A DNA stretch of 58,829 bases from a virus: positions 1 through 58,829 of IMG/VR virus record IMGVR_UViG_3300045988_093898. One strand, given 5' to 3'. The notes beneath the pieces are model-generated. The model saw nothing but the letters and a program-made list of their open reading frames with translations. It made no database searches and was not told where the DNA came from. Of the stretch, positions 46,729 to 54,443 are shown piece by piece; position 1 is the stretch's first letter, and the number at the start of each line of letters is the position of its first letter. Position numbers and translations under genes: made by a program.

Positions 46729-47382
46729 ATGCACAAATGGGCTAAACAGATAATGGAATGCGTCAAGGCTAAGGTTGACGGAATTGGAATTGACAATTTT
46801 GAGGGGCAGAACCTTGACGATTTAAAGGATTTTACAGAAATAGCGAAGAACATAGCTTGTTTTGACAAAGATTACAGAATTGTTGAAGCTATGGAAAAGG
46901 CAGAAGATAACGAGGATATTATGCGTATGCTTGAACAGTACGAAGATTATCCAGACAGAAGATATTATGACGCTTACCGCTATGCAAACGGCAGATTCGC
47001 CCCAAAAGGTCGTGGAACACGCAGAGGATATGAAGAACCGCCTTATTATCATATGTACCCAGAAGCAGAGCATATGAGGGACATGGATAGGGATGATAGA
47101 GGAAAGATGTATTACAGCGAACCTGCAAGCAATGCGAATGGTAGCAATAATATGTCAAGAAGCTACTCTGAAAGCAACTATGACAGGGCAAAGCGCAATT
47201 ATACAGAAACAAAAGAGTTACACAAAGGGAACACTCAGGAAGATAAAGAGCATAAGATGAAATCCCTTGACGGCTACATGAAAGAGTTGTCAACAGATAT
47301 TACACACTTGCTCGGCGACATGACCGCAGAAGAGAAAAATCTTTTAAGAACAAAACTTAGTACGCTTGTTTCTAAGATTTGA
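46729..47382 (+). CDS. hypothetical Y/R/D-rich protein (217 aa)
   Basis: ORF track. RBS AGGAGG. Confidence 0.5.
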   Translation: MHKWAKQIMECVKAKVDGIGIDNFEGQNLDDLKDFTEIAKNIACFDKDYRIVEAMEKAEDNEDIMRMLEQYEDYPDRRYYDAYRYANGRFAPKGRGTRRGYEEPPYYHMYPEAEHMRDMDRDDRGKMYYSEPASNANGSNNMSRSYSESNYDRAKRNYTETKELHKGNTQEDKEHKMKSLDGYMKELSTDITHLLGDMTAEEKNLLRTKLSTLVSKI

Positions 47383-47406
47383 GAATAATATTTTCCGACA
47401 ATCTAG

Positions 47407-47440
47407 GGCTATAGATAGCAATATCTGTAGCCTGTTTTGT
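47407..47440 (+). terminator. rho-independent terminator
   Basis: Stem ggctatagata/tatctgtagcc followed by tgttttgt. Confidence 0.6.
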
Positions 47441-47454
47441 ACCTTGAAAACTAA

Positions 47455-47471
47455 ATATCAGTTGATGGTTT
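47455..47471. repeat. left copy of 17-bp perfect inverted repeat ATATCAGTTGATGGTTT flanking RHH cassette 2
   Basis: The exact reverse complement is at 48174..48190. Confidence 0.85.
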
Positions 47472-47500
47472 GTGAATTTGAAAAAAGTTTTAAAAAAGGG

Positions 47501-47528
47501 TTGACTTTTGGAACTCATAAGTTATAAT
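47501..47528 (+). promoter_or_regulatory. promoter of RHH cassette 2 (TTGACT, 16-nt spacer, TATAAT)
   Basis: Read directly. The direct repeat ggaactc appears twice around the -10 element. Confidence 0.55.
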
Positions 47529-47561
47529 AGACTTATGGAACTCAAAAGTGAGGTGATGATA

Positions 47562-47729
47562 ATGAGTCCACGCTTAGGCAGACCAACTGATTGTAAAAAA
47601 GACCATGATGTTAAAGTTAGAATTGATAGTGATACTCACGAAAAGTTATTAGAGTATTGCAAAAATCATGGTATTACAAAAGCTGAAGCTATTCGCCAAG
47701 GCATTCATTTGGTCTTAGAAAAAAAATAA
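47562..47729 (+). CDS. ribbon-helix-helix regulator, paralog of 19297..19476
   Basis: MSPRLGRPTDCKKDHDVKVRIDSDTHEKLLEYCKNHGITKAEAIRQGIHLVL. RBS GTGAGGTG. Confidence 0.7.
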   Translation: MSPRLGRPTDCKKDHDVKVRIDSDTHEKLLEYCKNHGITKAEAIRQGIHLVLEKK

Positions 47730-47792
47730 AAGTAACCGACACCCTAGACAAGTAGAAGTTACTCTTAAAACACCAATCCGAAAGAGATTGAT
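47719..47792 (-). ncRNA. predicted cis-antisense small RNA (second copy)
   Basis: Minus-strand promoter 47799-47827. Hairpin 47731-47763 is followed by a T-run on the minus strand. Confidence 0.5.
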
Positions 47793-47798
47793 AAATAT

Positions 47799-47827
47799 AT
47801 TCTACCAATTTCTTTCGTAGAAATCAA
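47799..47827 (-). promoter_or_regulatory. minus-strand promoter TTGATT, 17-nt spacer, TAGAAT
   Basis: The plus strand reads attcta (47799-804) and aatcaa (47822-27). Confidence 0.5.
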
Positions 47828-47855
47828 GTGAATAAAAACATTGGAGGTACAAGCC

Positions 47856-48155
47856 ATGAAAAGATATAATTTAATAAATAAAGACGGGGAAATCGAAAGC
47901 ACACTTTATATAGGTAGCGCAAGACAAATAAAGAAAGTGTATGATAGAGCACTTTATAACATAAATGATACTAGCTTAGAAGGCTATATCTTTAATACTA
48001 ATTATAAATTTAATATGGACATACATTACGGTGTATGTTTTTGTTACCATAGCACTTTTTTCGACAAGCCACAAATGTTATTTTGTACACCTAATAAAAT
48101 AACTGAAATTTTATTAGATGCTTACAAGGTGGAGGAAGTAACTTTGCTTTGTTAA
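47856..48155 (+). CDS. hypothetical protein (99 aa), cargo of RHH cassette 2
   Basis: GGAGGT upstream of ATG 47856. Confidence 0.5.
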   Translation: MKRYNLINKDGEIESTLYIGSARQIKKVYDRALYNINDTSLEGYIFNTNYKFNMDIHYGVCFCYHSTFFDKPQMLFCTPNKITEILLDAYKVEEVTLLC

Positions 48156-48173
48156 TATGATATTCAAATTTAT

Positions 48174-48212
48174 AAACCATCAACTGATATACTTAGTTGG
48201 TGGTTTTATTTT
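48174..48212 (+). terminator. terminator hairpin whose 5' arm is the right copy of the 17-bp inverted repeat
   Basis: aaaccatcaact (48174-85) pairs with agttggtggttt (48195-206), followed by tattttg. Confidence 0.6.
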
Positions 48213-48225
48213 GTGAGGTGATTTT

Positions 48226-48546
48226 ATGTTTATAATAAACAATATAATGTGGCAAATTGTATTTGTGCCAAGCGATAGTGATAAACTTATGCGTTCTGAC
48301 GGTTCTATTAGCCTTGCTGTGACCGATTTTAACGACAAGACGGTATATGTATCGGATAATGTAAAAAACGGCTATTTACGCAAAGTAATGGCTCATGAAT
48401 TATGCCATTGTTTTTGTTTCAGTTACAACATATATATGCCTATTCAGCAAGAGGAATATTTGGCTGACTGGATAAGTTTATATGGTGCAGATTTGATATA
48501 TTTACTTGACGATTTGATGATAACTTTAACAAGGAGTGTGGCATGA
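48226..48546 (+). CDS. HExxH metallopeptidase-like small protein
   Basis: VMAHELCHCF motif. 106 aa. Confidence 0.5.
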   Translation: MFIINNIMWQIVFVPSDSDKLMRSDGSISLAVTDFNDKTVYVSDNVKNGYLRKVMAHELCHCFCFSYNIYMPIQQEEYLADWISLYGADLIYLLDDLMITLTRSVA

Positions 48547-48701
48547 TAAAGGAATTATTAGAGCAGATACAAAAGACAAACCCCGACATAACAGTAGAAA
48601 AACTTATATCTGAGATACGATATAGTGACTATTTAACAAGAGCGTTGATGATAAGTAAAGGAATTGCCAGTAAAGAGGAAAACTGCTATACTAACAAATA
48701 A
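48543..48701 (+). CDS. small hypothetical protein (52 aa)
   Basis: ATGA overlap. Read from the sequence. Confidence 0.3.
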   Translation: MIKELLEQIQKTNPDITVEKLISEIRYSDYLTRALMISKGIASKEENCYTNK

Positions 48702-48715
48702 AAAGGAGTTTTAGT

Positions 48716-48970
48716 ATGGCAATAACAGGAACAAAAGGCAAATATGTATCGTATGAGTGTGATGACTTGATAGAAAATCTTAAACTTGATATATCAGAGT
48801 ATAGCAAGAGTTGCAGGGTTTACGCAATATCCGAAATGATGCAGGGAGTGGAAATCTATACCGGTTATGAATACACAGACAGAATACAGTTAAAGCGAGG
48901 GCAAAAATATACGCTCATGTCAGCCGGTCAGCTTATGGATATTTTACAAAAACAAAATTCGATATTGTAA
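48716..48970 (+). CDS. hypothetical protein (84 aa)
   Basis: AAAGGAG upstream. Confidence 0.45.
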   Translation: MAITGTKGKYVSYECDDLIENLKLDISEYSKSCRVYAISEMMQGVEIYTGYEYTDRIQLKRGQKYTLMSAGQLMDILQKQNSIL

Positions 48971-49099
48971 ATATTTGTTAAGTGTGGTATTATAGAATTA
49001 CAAGATAAGTTTAAAATGCTTGTCTTGTAAGTTTTGCACAATACATAGATGACAGTATGCGAGCGTGAATGTGCAAATTGCTGAAAGTGAGGTGACAAC

Positions 49100-49765
49100 A
49101 TGAGCAGTCCCGAAAATGATTTTATCGTTGTGAACACAAAGGAGGATGTCTTAAAAGAACGGTATATTGCCGGTGCTGATTTAGTCGGCAGATATGGATT
49201 CCCACAATTAACTCCGGTTTATGCACACTTAGAAGATGTTGAGCCGGTACCGTTCAATCTTGTAAGTAAAGAAAAGCATCCGAAAAATTGTGTTTGCCAT
49301 TTTTTTATAGATGATGTACGGTTTGAACGACTTTGGAACAATCCAAGTAAATACATGGATATATTGAAAAACTTTAAATATATATGCAGTCCCGATTTTA
49401 CTTTCTATGATGATATGCCACTTGCATTGAAAATATGGCAAATATACAGAAGTCGGGCATTAAGCTATTGTTTAAGTCAAGCCGGTTTAAAGATTATCCC
49501 GACTGTAGGCTGGGGAAGTGAAGAAACTTTTGATTTTTGTTTTGATGGTTTACCGGCACACTCCACGCTTGCGGTATCGACAAACGGATGTTTTTCTGAG
49601 GATGGGAAAGAATGTTATAGAAAAGGTTTTAAAGAAATGTGCAGGCGATTGGAGCCGATTCAAGTTGTTGTTTTTGGTTCTCAAATTGATGTTGATATAG
49701 ATGTAGATATTGTTTATAAATCGAGCTACTGGCAGCAAATGAGTGAACGACTAAAAAAGAGGTGA
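49100..49765 (+). CDS. DUF4417 domain protein
   Basis: CHFFIDDVRFERLWNNPSKY...SPDFTFYDDMPLALKIWQIYRSRAL...IPTVGW pattern as I recall for DUF4417. Confidence 0.55.
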   Translation: MSSPENDFIVVNTKEDVLKERYIAGADLVGRYGFPQLTPVYAHLEDVEPVPFNLVSKEKHPKNCVCHFFIDDVRFERLWNNPSKYMDILKNFKYICSPDFTFYDDMPLALKIWQIYRSRALSYCLSQAGLKIIPTVGWGSEETFDFCFDGLPAHSTLAVSTNGCFSEDGKECYRKGFKEMCRRLEPIQVVVFGSQIDVDIDVDIVYKSSYWQQMSERLKKR

Positions 49766-49770
49766 TTTTT

Positions 49771-49917
49771 TTGGGTAGCAGGAGCGGAAACAAAAAAGGC
49801 GGATATATTTACACGCCTGGATTAAAAAAGATTGTATATACAGAACAAAGAGGTGGAATCAAGATTGTAAAAACTCGTTATAAATTCTTAAAACAACGAC
49901 GCTCAAAGAATAAATAA
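49771..49917 (+). CDS. small basic protein (48 aa, TTG start)
   Basis: AGAGGTG 7 nt upstream. Confidence 0.3.
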   Translation: MGSRSGNKKGGYIYTPGLKKIVYTEQRGGIKIVKTRYKFLKQRRSKNK

Positions 49918-50019
49918 AGAGCATGTAAAGGCTTTCAAATGTAAAGATAGAAAAAATGAGGGTGAAATGTAAATCTGCTATATAAGAGCGTGAGAATGTT
50001 AAAAAAAGATAATAAAAAA

Positions 50020-50046
50020 GGAACTTGTTAAATGAGTTCCTTTTTT
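50020..50046. terminator. terminator hairpin with an A-run upstream and T-run downstream (could act in both directions)
   Basis: Stem ggaact/agttcc followed by T6. Confidence 0.6.
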
Positions 50047-50164
50047 CGTCCCAATATGGTACTATTAAATTAAATAGAAATAATTAAATATAAATTATTT
50101 TTTACATCCCACTATGTTTCTATTATTTATTGTAAAAATATTATATCAATTTATAACTTTTTCG

Positions 50165-50863
50165 TCAAGATAAAAAAACTGGCGTTTCGCCGTCATAAAG
50201 TTCAGCAAAAACTTTCGTTCCTTTGTCAAGATAGCGGCATCTTATTTTTTCAAAACGCCGAAAACCTTTTTTAGTGTATTCGTATTTTTTGTTTATCAAA
50301 TAAGCTATGCTCGCAATTTTGTTATCAATAAATTGTTCTGGAATATATGCGTTATTTCTTAAAAAACCTATTTTGTTTTTCTTTTCTAATTCTACGACAA
50401 CAATATCATCAACACGAATTAAATCTTCATATCTTCCAAGCGACAAAAAAGTTTTAGGATGTTTTAAAGCGGCGAAAACTTGTTGAAAATCTTCGTCTTG
50501 CGGCTGTATGTATATTTCTAAATTCAAGTCAGATAAAAAGTTGATTTCTTTTATATCTTGGACCCAGCCGACACACTTTCCGTTATTTTCGACGATAATG
50601 TGCCATCTTTTTCTTTGTTCGTCTGTAATTTTTCCGAAATTATAACCACCCTCCCAAATTTTTTGGGTTTCTTGATTAAAAAAACCTTTTCCGGAAACAA
50701 AAAAATTTAAAGGATGGTAACGCTCCCAGCCACAAGCGTGATGAACCATCCCGGAAATAGTAGAAAATGGTGGAAGCGGTAGAATTTCCGGAAATAGTGA
50801 AAAACCATATGGGAACCTTGCAGTTCCCATATACCCCACCATTTTTATAACTTTTAACGCCAT
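50165..50863 (-). CDS. Cas5-like (RAMP) protein, solitary
   Basis: 232 aa. N-terminal GYMGTARFPYGFSLFPEILPLPPFSTISGMVHHACGW and later FLSLGRYEDLIRV resemble Cas5 signature segments. Strong RBS AAGGAGG. Confidence 0.35.
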   Translation of the reverse strand: MALKVIKMVGYMGTARFPYGFSLFPEILPLPPFSTISGMVHHACGWERYHPLNFFVSGKGFFNQETQKIWEGGYNFGKITDEQRKRWHIIVENNGKCVGWVQDIKEINFLSDLNLEIYIQPQDEDFQQVFAALKHPKTFLSLGRYEDLIRVDDIVVVELEKKNKIGFLRNNAYIPEQFIDNKIASIAYLINKKYEYTKKGFRRFEKIRCRYLDKGTKVFAELYDGETPVFLS

Positions 50864-51051
50864 TCTGCTTCCTCCTTAAAGCCTTCTAAAATTGCAGTTG
50901 CAAGCTCGTCAGAAATTTCTTCATCTGCAAGCGGCTTTCTGTTTTCAAAGCCTAATTCGTTATCGAGGCTTGCGTCAATGTCTGCAAGTGCTTTTTCTCT
51001 GCTAAATCCCAACTCCATAATCTCATTTAATAAATCAATAGTTTTTTTCAT
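50854..51051 (-). CDS. small acidic protein (65 aa)
   Basis: Overlaps the Cas5-like start by 10 nt. RBS AAGGTG. Confidence 0.45.
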   Translation of the reverse strand: MKKTIDLLNEIMELGFSREKALADIDASLDNELGFENRKPLADEEISDELATAILEGFKEEAEWR

Positions 51052-51116
51052 AATAGTCACCTTTTAACCTTTCTTTTATTTTTTATAATTATATCTTTTA
51101 TAGTGATGTTTTTCAA

Positions 51117-51344
51117 TCACCAAAAAATTATATTTTTATTGCTGTCAATGTTGTAATGCCACCATTTGCCCGATTGATACATGATGCAGATATTGCCGTC
51201 CGCATCCGTCCAAGTCTTTTTAATACCGCCATGCTCCCACCAGTCAAATTGTGACCGGTGAAAGTTGTAAAAATCTTTTGCAGCTATGCCGTCATACCTC
51301 AGACTTATTCCCTGCAATTTAATTTTTGCCATAAAATTAACCAT
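51117..51344 (-). CDS. W-rich small protein (75 aa)
   Basis: ORF track. Start may be the second ATG. Confidence 0.45.
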   Translation of the reverse strand: MVNFMAKIKLQGISLRYDGIAAKDFYNFHRSQFDWWEHGGIKKTWTDADGNICIMYQSGKWWHYNIDSNKNIIFW

Positions 51345-51359
51345 CCTTTCTACTATTTA

Positions 51360-51566
51360 TTAAATTCCATATATCAAAATTTCAAAAATATCATTTTCGA
51401 TATTTTCAAATTCGACTTTAAAGAACAAGCCGCAATTCAAGTAGTCACATTCCAATGCTCCGAGATGCGAATATCTCCACGGAATGTTGTTTTTTTCAAA
51501 CGCATCTATAGCGTTATCCGCGAAAGTGCCATTCTTCCACTTAACTAAAAGTCCTGTCCTTGCCAT
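51360..51566 (-). CDS. hypothetical protein (68 aa), first gene of the minus-strand operon
   Basis: RBS AGGAGGTG 7 nt upstream. Confidence 0.5.
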   Translation of the reverse strand: MARTGLLVKWKNGTFADNAIDAFEKNNIPWRYSHLGALECDYLNCGLFFKVEFENIENDIFEILIYGI

Positions 51567-51615
51567 AATCTTGCACCTCCTAAAATGTTTTATTTGTATT
51601 TCTTATCTTGTATAT

Positions 51616-51644
51616 ATAATAGCATAATGTAAGGCACAAATCAA
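51616..51644 (-). promoter_or_regulatory. minus-strand promoter TTGATT, 17-nt spacer, TATTAT, with a TAAGGCACAA box in the spacer
   Basis: The plus strand reads ataata (51616-21) and aatcaa (51639-44). Confidence 0.45.
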
Positions 51645-51742
51645 TATGCAAATTAACTAAAATATAAGGCACAAAGCAAAATCTTTTTTGTGCAATGTGT
51701 ATAAGGCACAATATACAAAAAGAAACATATATATAGAAAGAG

Positions 51743-51771
51743 TTGACATAAGGCACAAAACAAGCTATCAT
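51743..51771 (+). promoter_or_regulatory. promoter TTGACA, 17-nt spacer, TATCAT, for the RHH gene; a box abuts the -35 element
   Basis: Read directly. Confidence 0.5.
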
Positions 51772-51807
51772 ATATACATATATAAAAAGAAAGCGAGGGC
51801 AAAAAAC

Positions 51808-52008
51808 ATGGAGCAAAAAGAATTAAAGACAAGCGAAGCAAGAAGGAGAGCAATATATAAATATGATGATAAATTCGAGCGGGTCAACTGTAGATTTATA
51901 AAAGGTACAAAAAGCCGCATCGAAAAATTAGGCTATAAAAGCATAAATGATTTCATAAAATTAGCGGTAACTGAAAAGCTGGAACACGATGAAAAAATTT
52001 TAAAATAA
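51808..52008 (+). CDS. ribbon-helix-helix-like regulator (66 aa)
   Basis: ARRRAIYKYDDKFERVNCRFIKGTKSRIEKLGYKSINDFIKLAVTEKL: a beta-strand followed by two helices. Confidence 0.5.
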   Translation: MEQKELKTSEARRRAIYKYDDKFERVNCRFIKGTKSRIEKLGYKSINDFIKLAVTEKLEHDEKILK

Positions 52009-52022
52009 GGCACAAAAAACTA

Positions 52023-52051
52023 TTGACATATAAGGCACAAAGATGTATAAT
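52023..52051 (+). promoter_or_regulatory. consensus promoter TTGACA, 17-nt spacer, TATAAT, with a TAAGGCACAA box in the spacer
   Basis: Read directly. Confidence 0.6.
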
Positions 52052-52099
52052 AAGTATATCAAATAAAGAAAGGGCGGCAATGCCGCAAAGGTGAATGTT

Positions 52100-52429
52100 A
52101 TGACAAATATTATAAATTTAAACGATACTTTAGGCAGGGTTGATGTTAGGGCGTTACCTTGCGGAAAAAATCAGAATATAGAGGTCAGGATTGGCAGAAA
52201 ACTCTACATGGTAGATGTGGACAAGAATGCTTTGCTTGCACACCTTGACTTTTACAAAAAGGTAAAAGCTGATAGAAAAAAATATTCAAAGTATGACCCA
52301 GCGGCTGAAATGGTTAGCGTTACGGTGAGAAATGATGTCCGTTTAAATAAAAAATTTTTTGAAAATATCGAAGAAATCAGCAAAGCACAAACAGTCTATG
52401 ATAGTTTCGGAAATTTTTTGTATCGATAA
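52100..52429 (+). CDS. hypothetical protein (109 aa)
   Basis: AAAGGTG upstream of ATG 52100. Confidence 0.5.
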   Translation: MTNIINLNDTLGRVDVRALPCGKNQNIEVRIGRKLYMVDVDKNALLAHLDFYKKVKADRKKYSKYDPAAEMVSVTVRNDVRLNKKFFENIEEISKAQTVYDSFGNFLYR

Positions 52430-52450
52430 AAAAGTTGGGTATTAGTTTTA

Positions 52451-52476
52451 GCAGCTTGAGATATAGCTGCTTTTTT
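52451..52476 (+). terminator. rho-independent terminator
   Basis: Stem gcagct/agctgc followed by T6. Confidence 0.65.
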
Positions 52477-52498
52477 AATATAGTTCTATTTTATAATA

Positions 52499-52721
52499 AT
52501 ACAGAAAATTGAGTTACGGATAGGGTATATGCCGTTACTCGAAAATCTGTATAAATCTAGTCTAGTTTCTGTATAATTTTATAAACACTAACTCGAATTT
52601 CTGTATATTTTTAAAAACAGCATTTTTGTATTGCATTTTTAACAAGCAAATAGGGATGCACATTATCTTATTTTGTGCAGTTATCACAAATATTATGCTA
52701 TAATTATACAGATTTTTGAGT
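52499..52721. repeat. four full copies and one partial copy of the 16-bp motif ATACAGAWWWTYGAGT
   Basis: Forward copies at 52499-514 and 52706-721. Reverse copies at 52537-552 and 52591-606. Partial reverse copy at 52563-574. Copies 1 and 2 form a 54-bp imperfect palindrome. Confidence 0.8.
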
Positions 52722-52938
52722 TTTCTTATACACCATACAAGCATCTGTTTTCTGTTACTGTTTTTAAAAAACTTTATACTGAGTTATATTAAATAAAAGA
52801 CAATAAAGTATATTTAGCATAAATAAATATATATTTATATATAGCCAATACAGTATATTATAAATATATAAATTATATTAAACACATATAAAGCTAGTAT
52901 GTAGATTATATATAAAACAAAAAAATATATTTAGGGTA

Positions 52939-52967
52939 TTGACAGCATATAAATTTAAGTGTATAGT
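52939..52967 (+). promoter_or_regulatory. promoter TTGACA, 17-nt spacer, TATAGT, upstream of the small terminase
   Basis: Read directly. Confidence 0.55.
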
Positions 52968-53099
52968 AAACGCATAAAATTTAATAACTTAGCTGTTTAG
53001 CACTTGTAAGAGATATATAAACACATGTATAGAGTATGTGTAGAATGTATATCTTTACAGGTGCTTTTTTATATTTATAACAATACTGGAGGTGAGCAA

Positions 53100-53747
53100 A
53101 TGGTAAAGAATGTAGAACAAAACATAGATGTATTTGAAAATGATGTAGATAAATATTTACAGCTTTTTCTTGAAGAGCAGAGCATAGAAGACATGAGAAG
53201 CGAGCCGCAAAATGTATGGAGTTCTGCATTGATGTACATTCAAAAGCATGTATTCAAAAACAATAAAATGCTTAAAATGACCACACCACCTGACGGTTAT
53301 AAAAGTAATGATTACGACAATCAGTATAGTAACTTAAATCAAAGCAACTGCAATGCATATGACTTAGAAAAAGTAAAACATGTATGTGATATATATATAT
53401 ATGAGTGTATGCTATATGATAAAATACCTACTCAGCAAGGCTTTATATATATGACAGGTATTACAGGTGATACTATATGCAGGTGGAAGAAAGATAGTAG
53501 TGTACTAAGTAAGTCGGGTTCAGAATTTTTGCAAAATCTTTATGATAGCGAGGAAGAGGCTTTGATGTCTAAAGCGCTCTCGCTCAGAAACCCGACCGGA
53601 GCACTCGCAGCACTCAATCATAAAAAGGGTTGGCGAGAAGATGGCAAGCTTCATGTACAGCAAGTCGAACAAAAGACAGCCGACCAGCTTCCAAGACTTG
53701 ACACAGTACCACAAGATGTAGTGGTTATTGAGGATAAAAGCCACTAG
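53100..53747 (+). CDS. terminase small subunit candidate
   Basis: HTH-like IPTQQGFIYMTGITGDTICRWKK and ...NPTGALAALNHKKGWRED resemble Terminase_2-type small subunits. RBS GGAGGTG. Confidence 0.5.
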   Translation: MVKNVEQNIDVFENDVDKYLQLFLEEQSIEDMRSEPQNVWSSALMYIQKHVFKNNKMLKMTTPPDGYKSNDYDNQYSNLNQSNCNAYDLEKVKHVCDIYIYECMLYDKIPTQQGFIYMTGITGDTICRWKKDSSVLSKSGSEFLQNLYDSEEEALMSKALSLRNPTGALAALNHKKGWREDGKLHVQQVEQKTADQLPRLDTVPQDVVVIEDKSH

Positions 53748-53815
53748 ATATTGTACAAATTTTGATAAATTGTAAGATAAACAATAGTTTATCAAAGAGT
53801 TAAAAAAAAGCGGGA

Positions 53816-53843
53816 TGCCGTCACCAACGGCAGGGGGTCCCCC
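53816..53843. other. GC-rich island with hairpin tgccg/cggca and palindrome GGGGGTCCCCC
   Basis: Read directly. Stands out in an AT-rich genome. Confidence 0.6.
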
Positions 53844-53922
53844 TCTGACAGAGCTGAAAAATTCGCCCCACTTAGTCCCTCAAATATTCTCAAAAAACAA
53901 AAATGGCGAAAAGGAGATTTAT

Positions 53923-54069
53923 ATGTTAAGTACGATAGCGCTATTATATTTAATTTTTATAATCGGTTGTCCTGTATGGATAAAAGCCTTAGTTATTACA
54001 GAGCTTGCTTGGAAAGCATATGAAATTTTATGTTGGATATACAATGCTGGTAAAGAATCAAAGAGGTAG
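53923..54069 (+). CDS. small membrane protein (48 aa)
   Basis: AAGGAG upstream. LSTIALLYLIFIIGCPVWIKALVI. Confidence 0.4.
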   Translation: MLSTIALLYLIFIIGCPVWIKALVITELAWKAYEILCWIYNAGKESKR

Positions 54070-54072
54070 CAT

Positions 54073-54258
54073 ATGAAAGAATATACGGTAAAAGATTTAT
54101 TTACAGTAATGAAAAGAGATGTACCGGTAAAACATATCGTGAGAAACATTTACTTGATACACAATCACATAGTTGATTGGAACTTTGACAAAACCGGTTC
54201 AGCGCCTACCGTGACATATATTTTGACTAAAGGCTGGCATTTAGCAAGATTGATTTGA
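54073..54258 (+). CDS. hypothetical protein (61 aa)
   Basis: ORF track. Confidence 0.4.
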   Translation: MKEYTVKDLFTVMKRDVPVKHIVRNIYLIHNHIVDWNFDKTGSAPTVTYILTKGWHLARLI

Positions 54259-54269
54259 GGAGTAGTTGA

Positions 54270-54425
54270 ATGGTAGTAGAAATTATCAGAAAATTGTTTT
54301 GCAGACATGAGTGGAAACTTAAGCATAAACTTGCAATTTATGAAGATGAGGACAAATTACCTATAGGCTATAAAGATGTTTATGTCTGTGAAAAGTGTTT
54401 GCGAAAGCATTTTATAAAATATTAA
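54270..54425 (+). CDS. small zinc-ribbon-like protein (51 aa)
   Basis: CRHEW...CEKC. Read from the sequence. Confidence 0.3.
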   Translation: MVVEIIRKLFCRHEWKLKHKLAIYEDEDKLPIGYKDVYVCEKCLRKHFIKY

Positions 54426-54443
54426 AGCAAAAGGAGAACAAAA

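Larger units (their letters stand above)
51630..52040 (+). repeat. six direct copies of TAAGGCACAA (candidate operators/iterons)
   Basis: Exact copies at 51630, 51665, 51702, 51749, 52006 and 52031, all in the same orientation. Confidence 0.85.

Noticed and set aside
49915-49980. Three spaced copies of (A)ATGTAAA(G/T) downstream of the Cas5-like gene, considered as a mini CRISPR array or solitary repeat unit
   Set aside because: The spacings of 15 and 30 nt are far too short for repeat-spacer units. Only 7-8 nt are shared, and no full-length repeat could be recognised. This remains an untested curiosity only.
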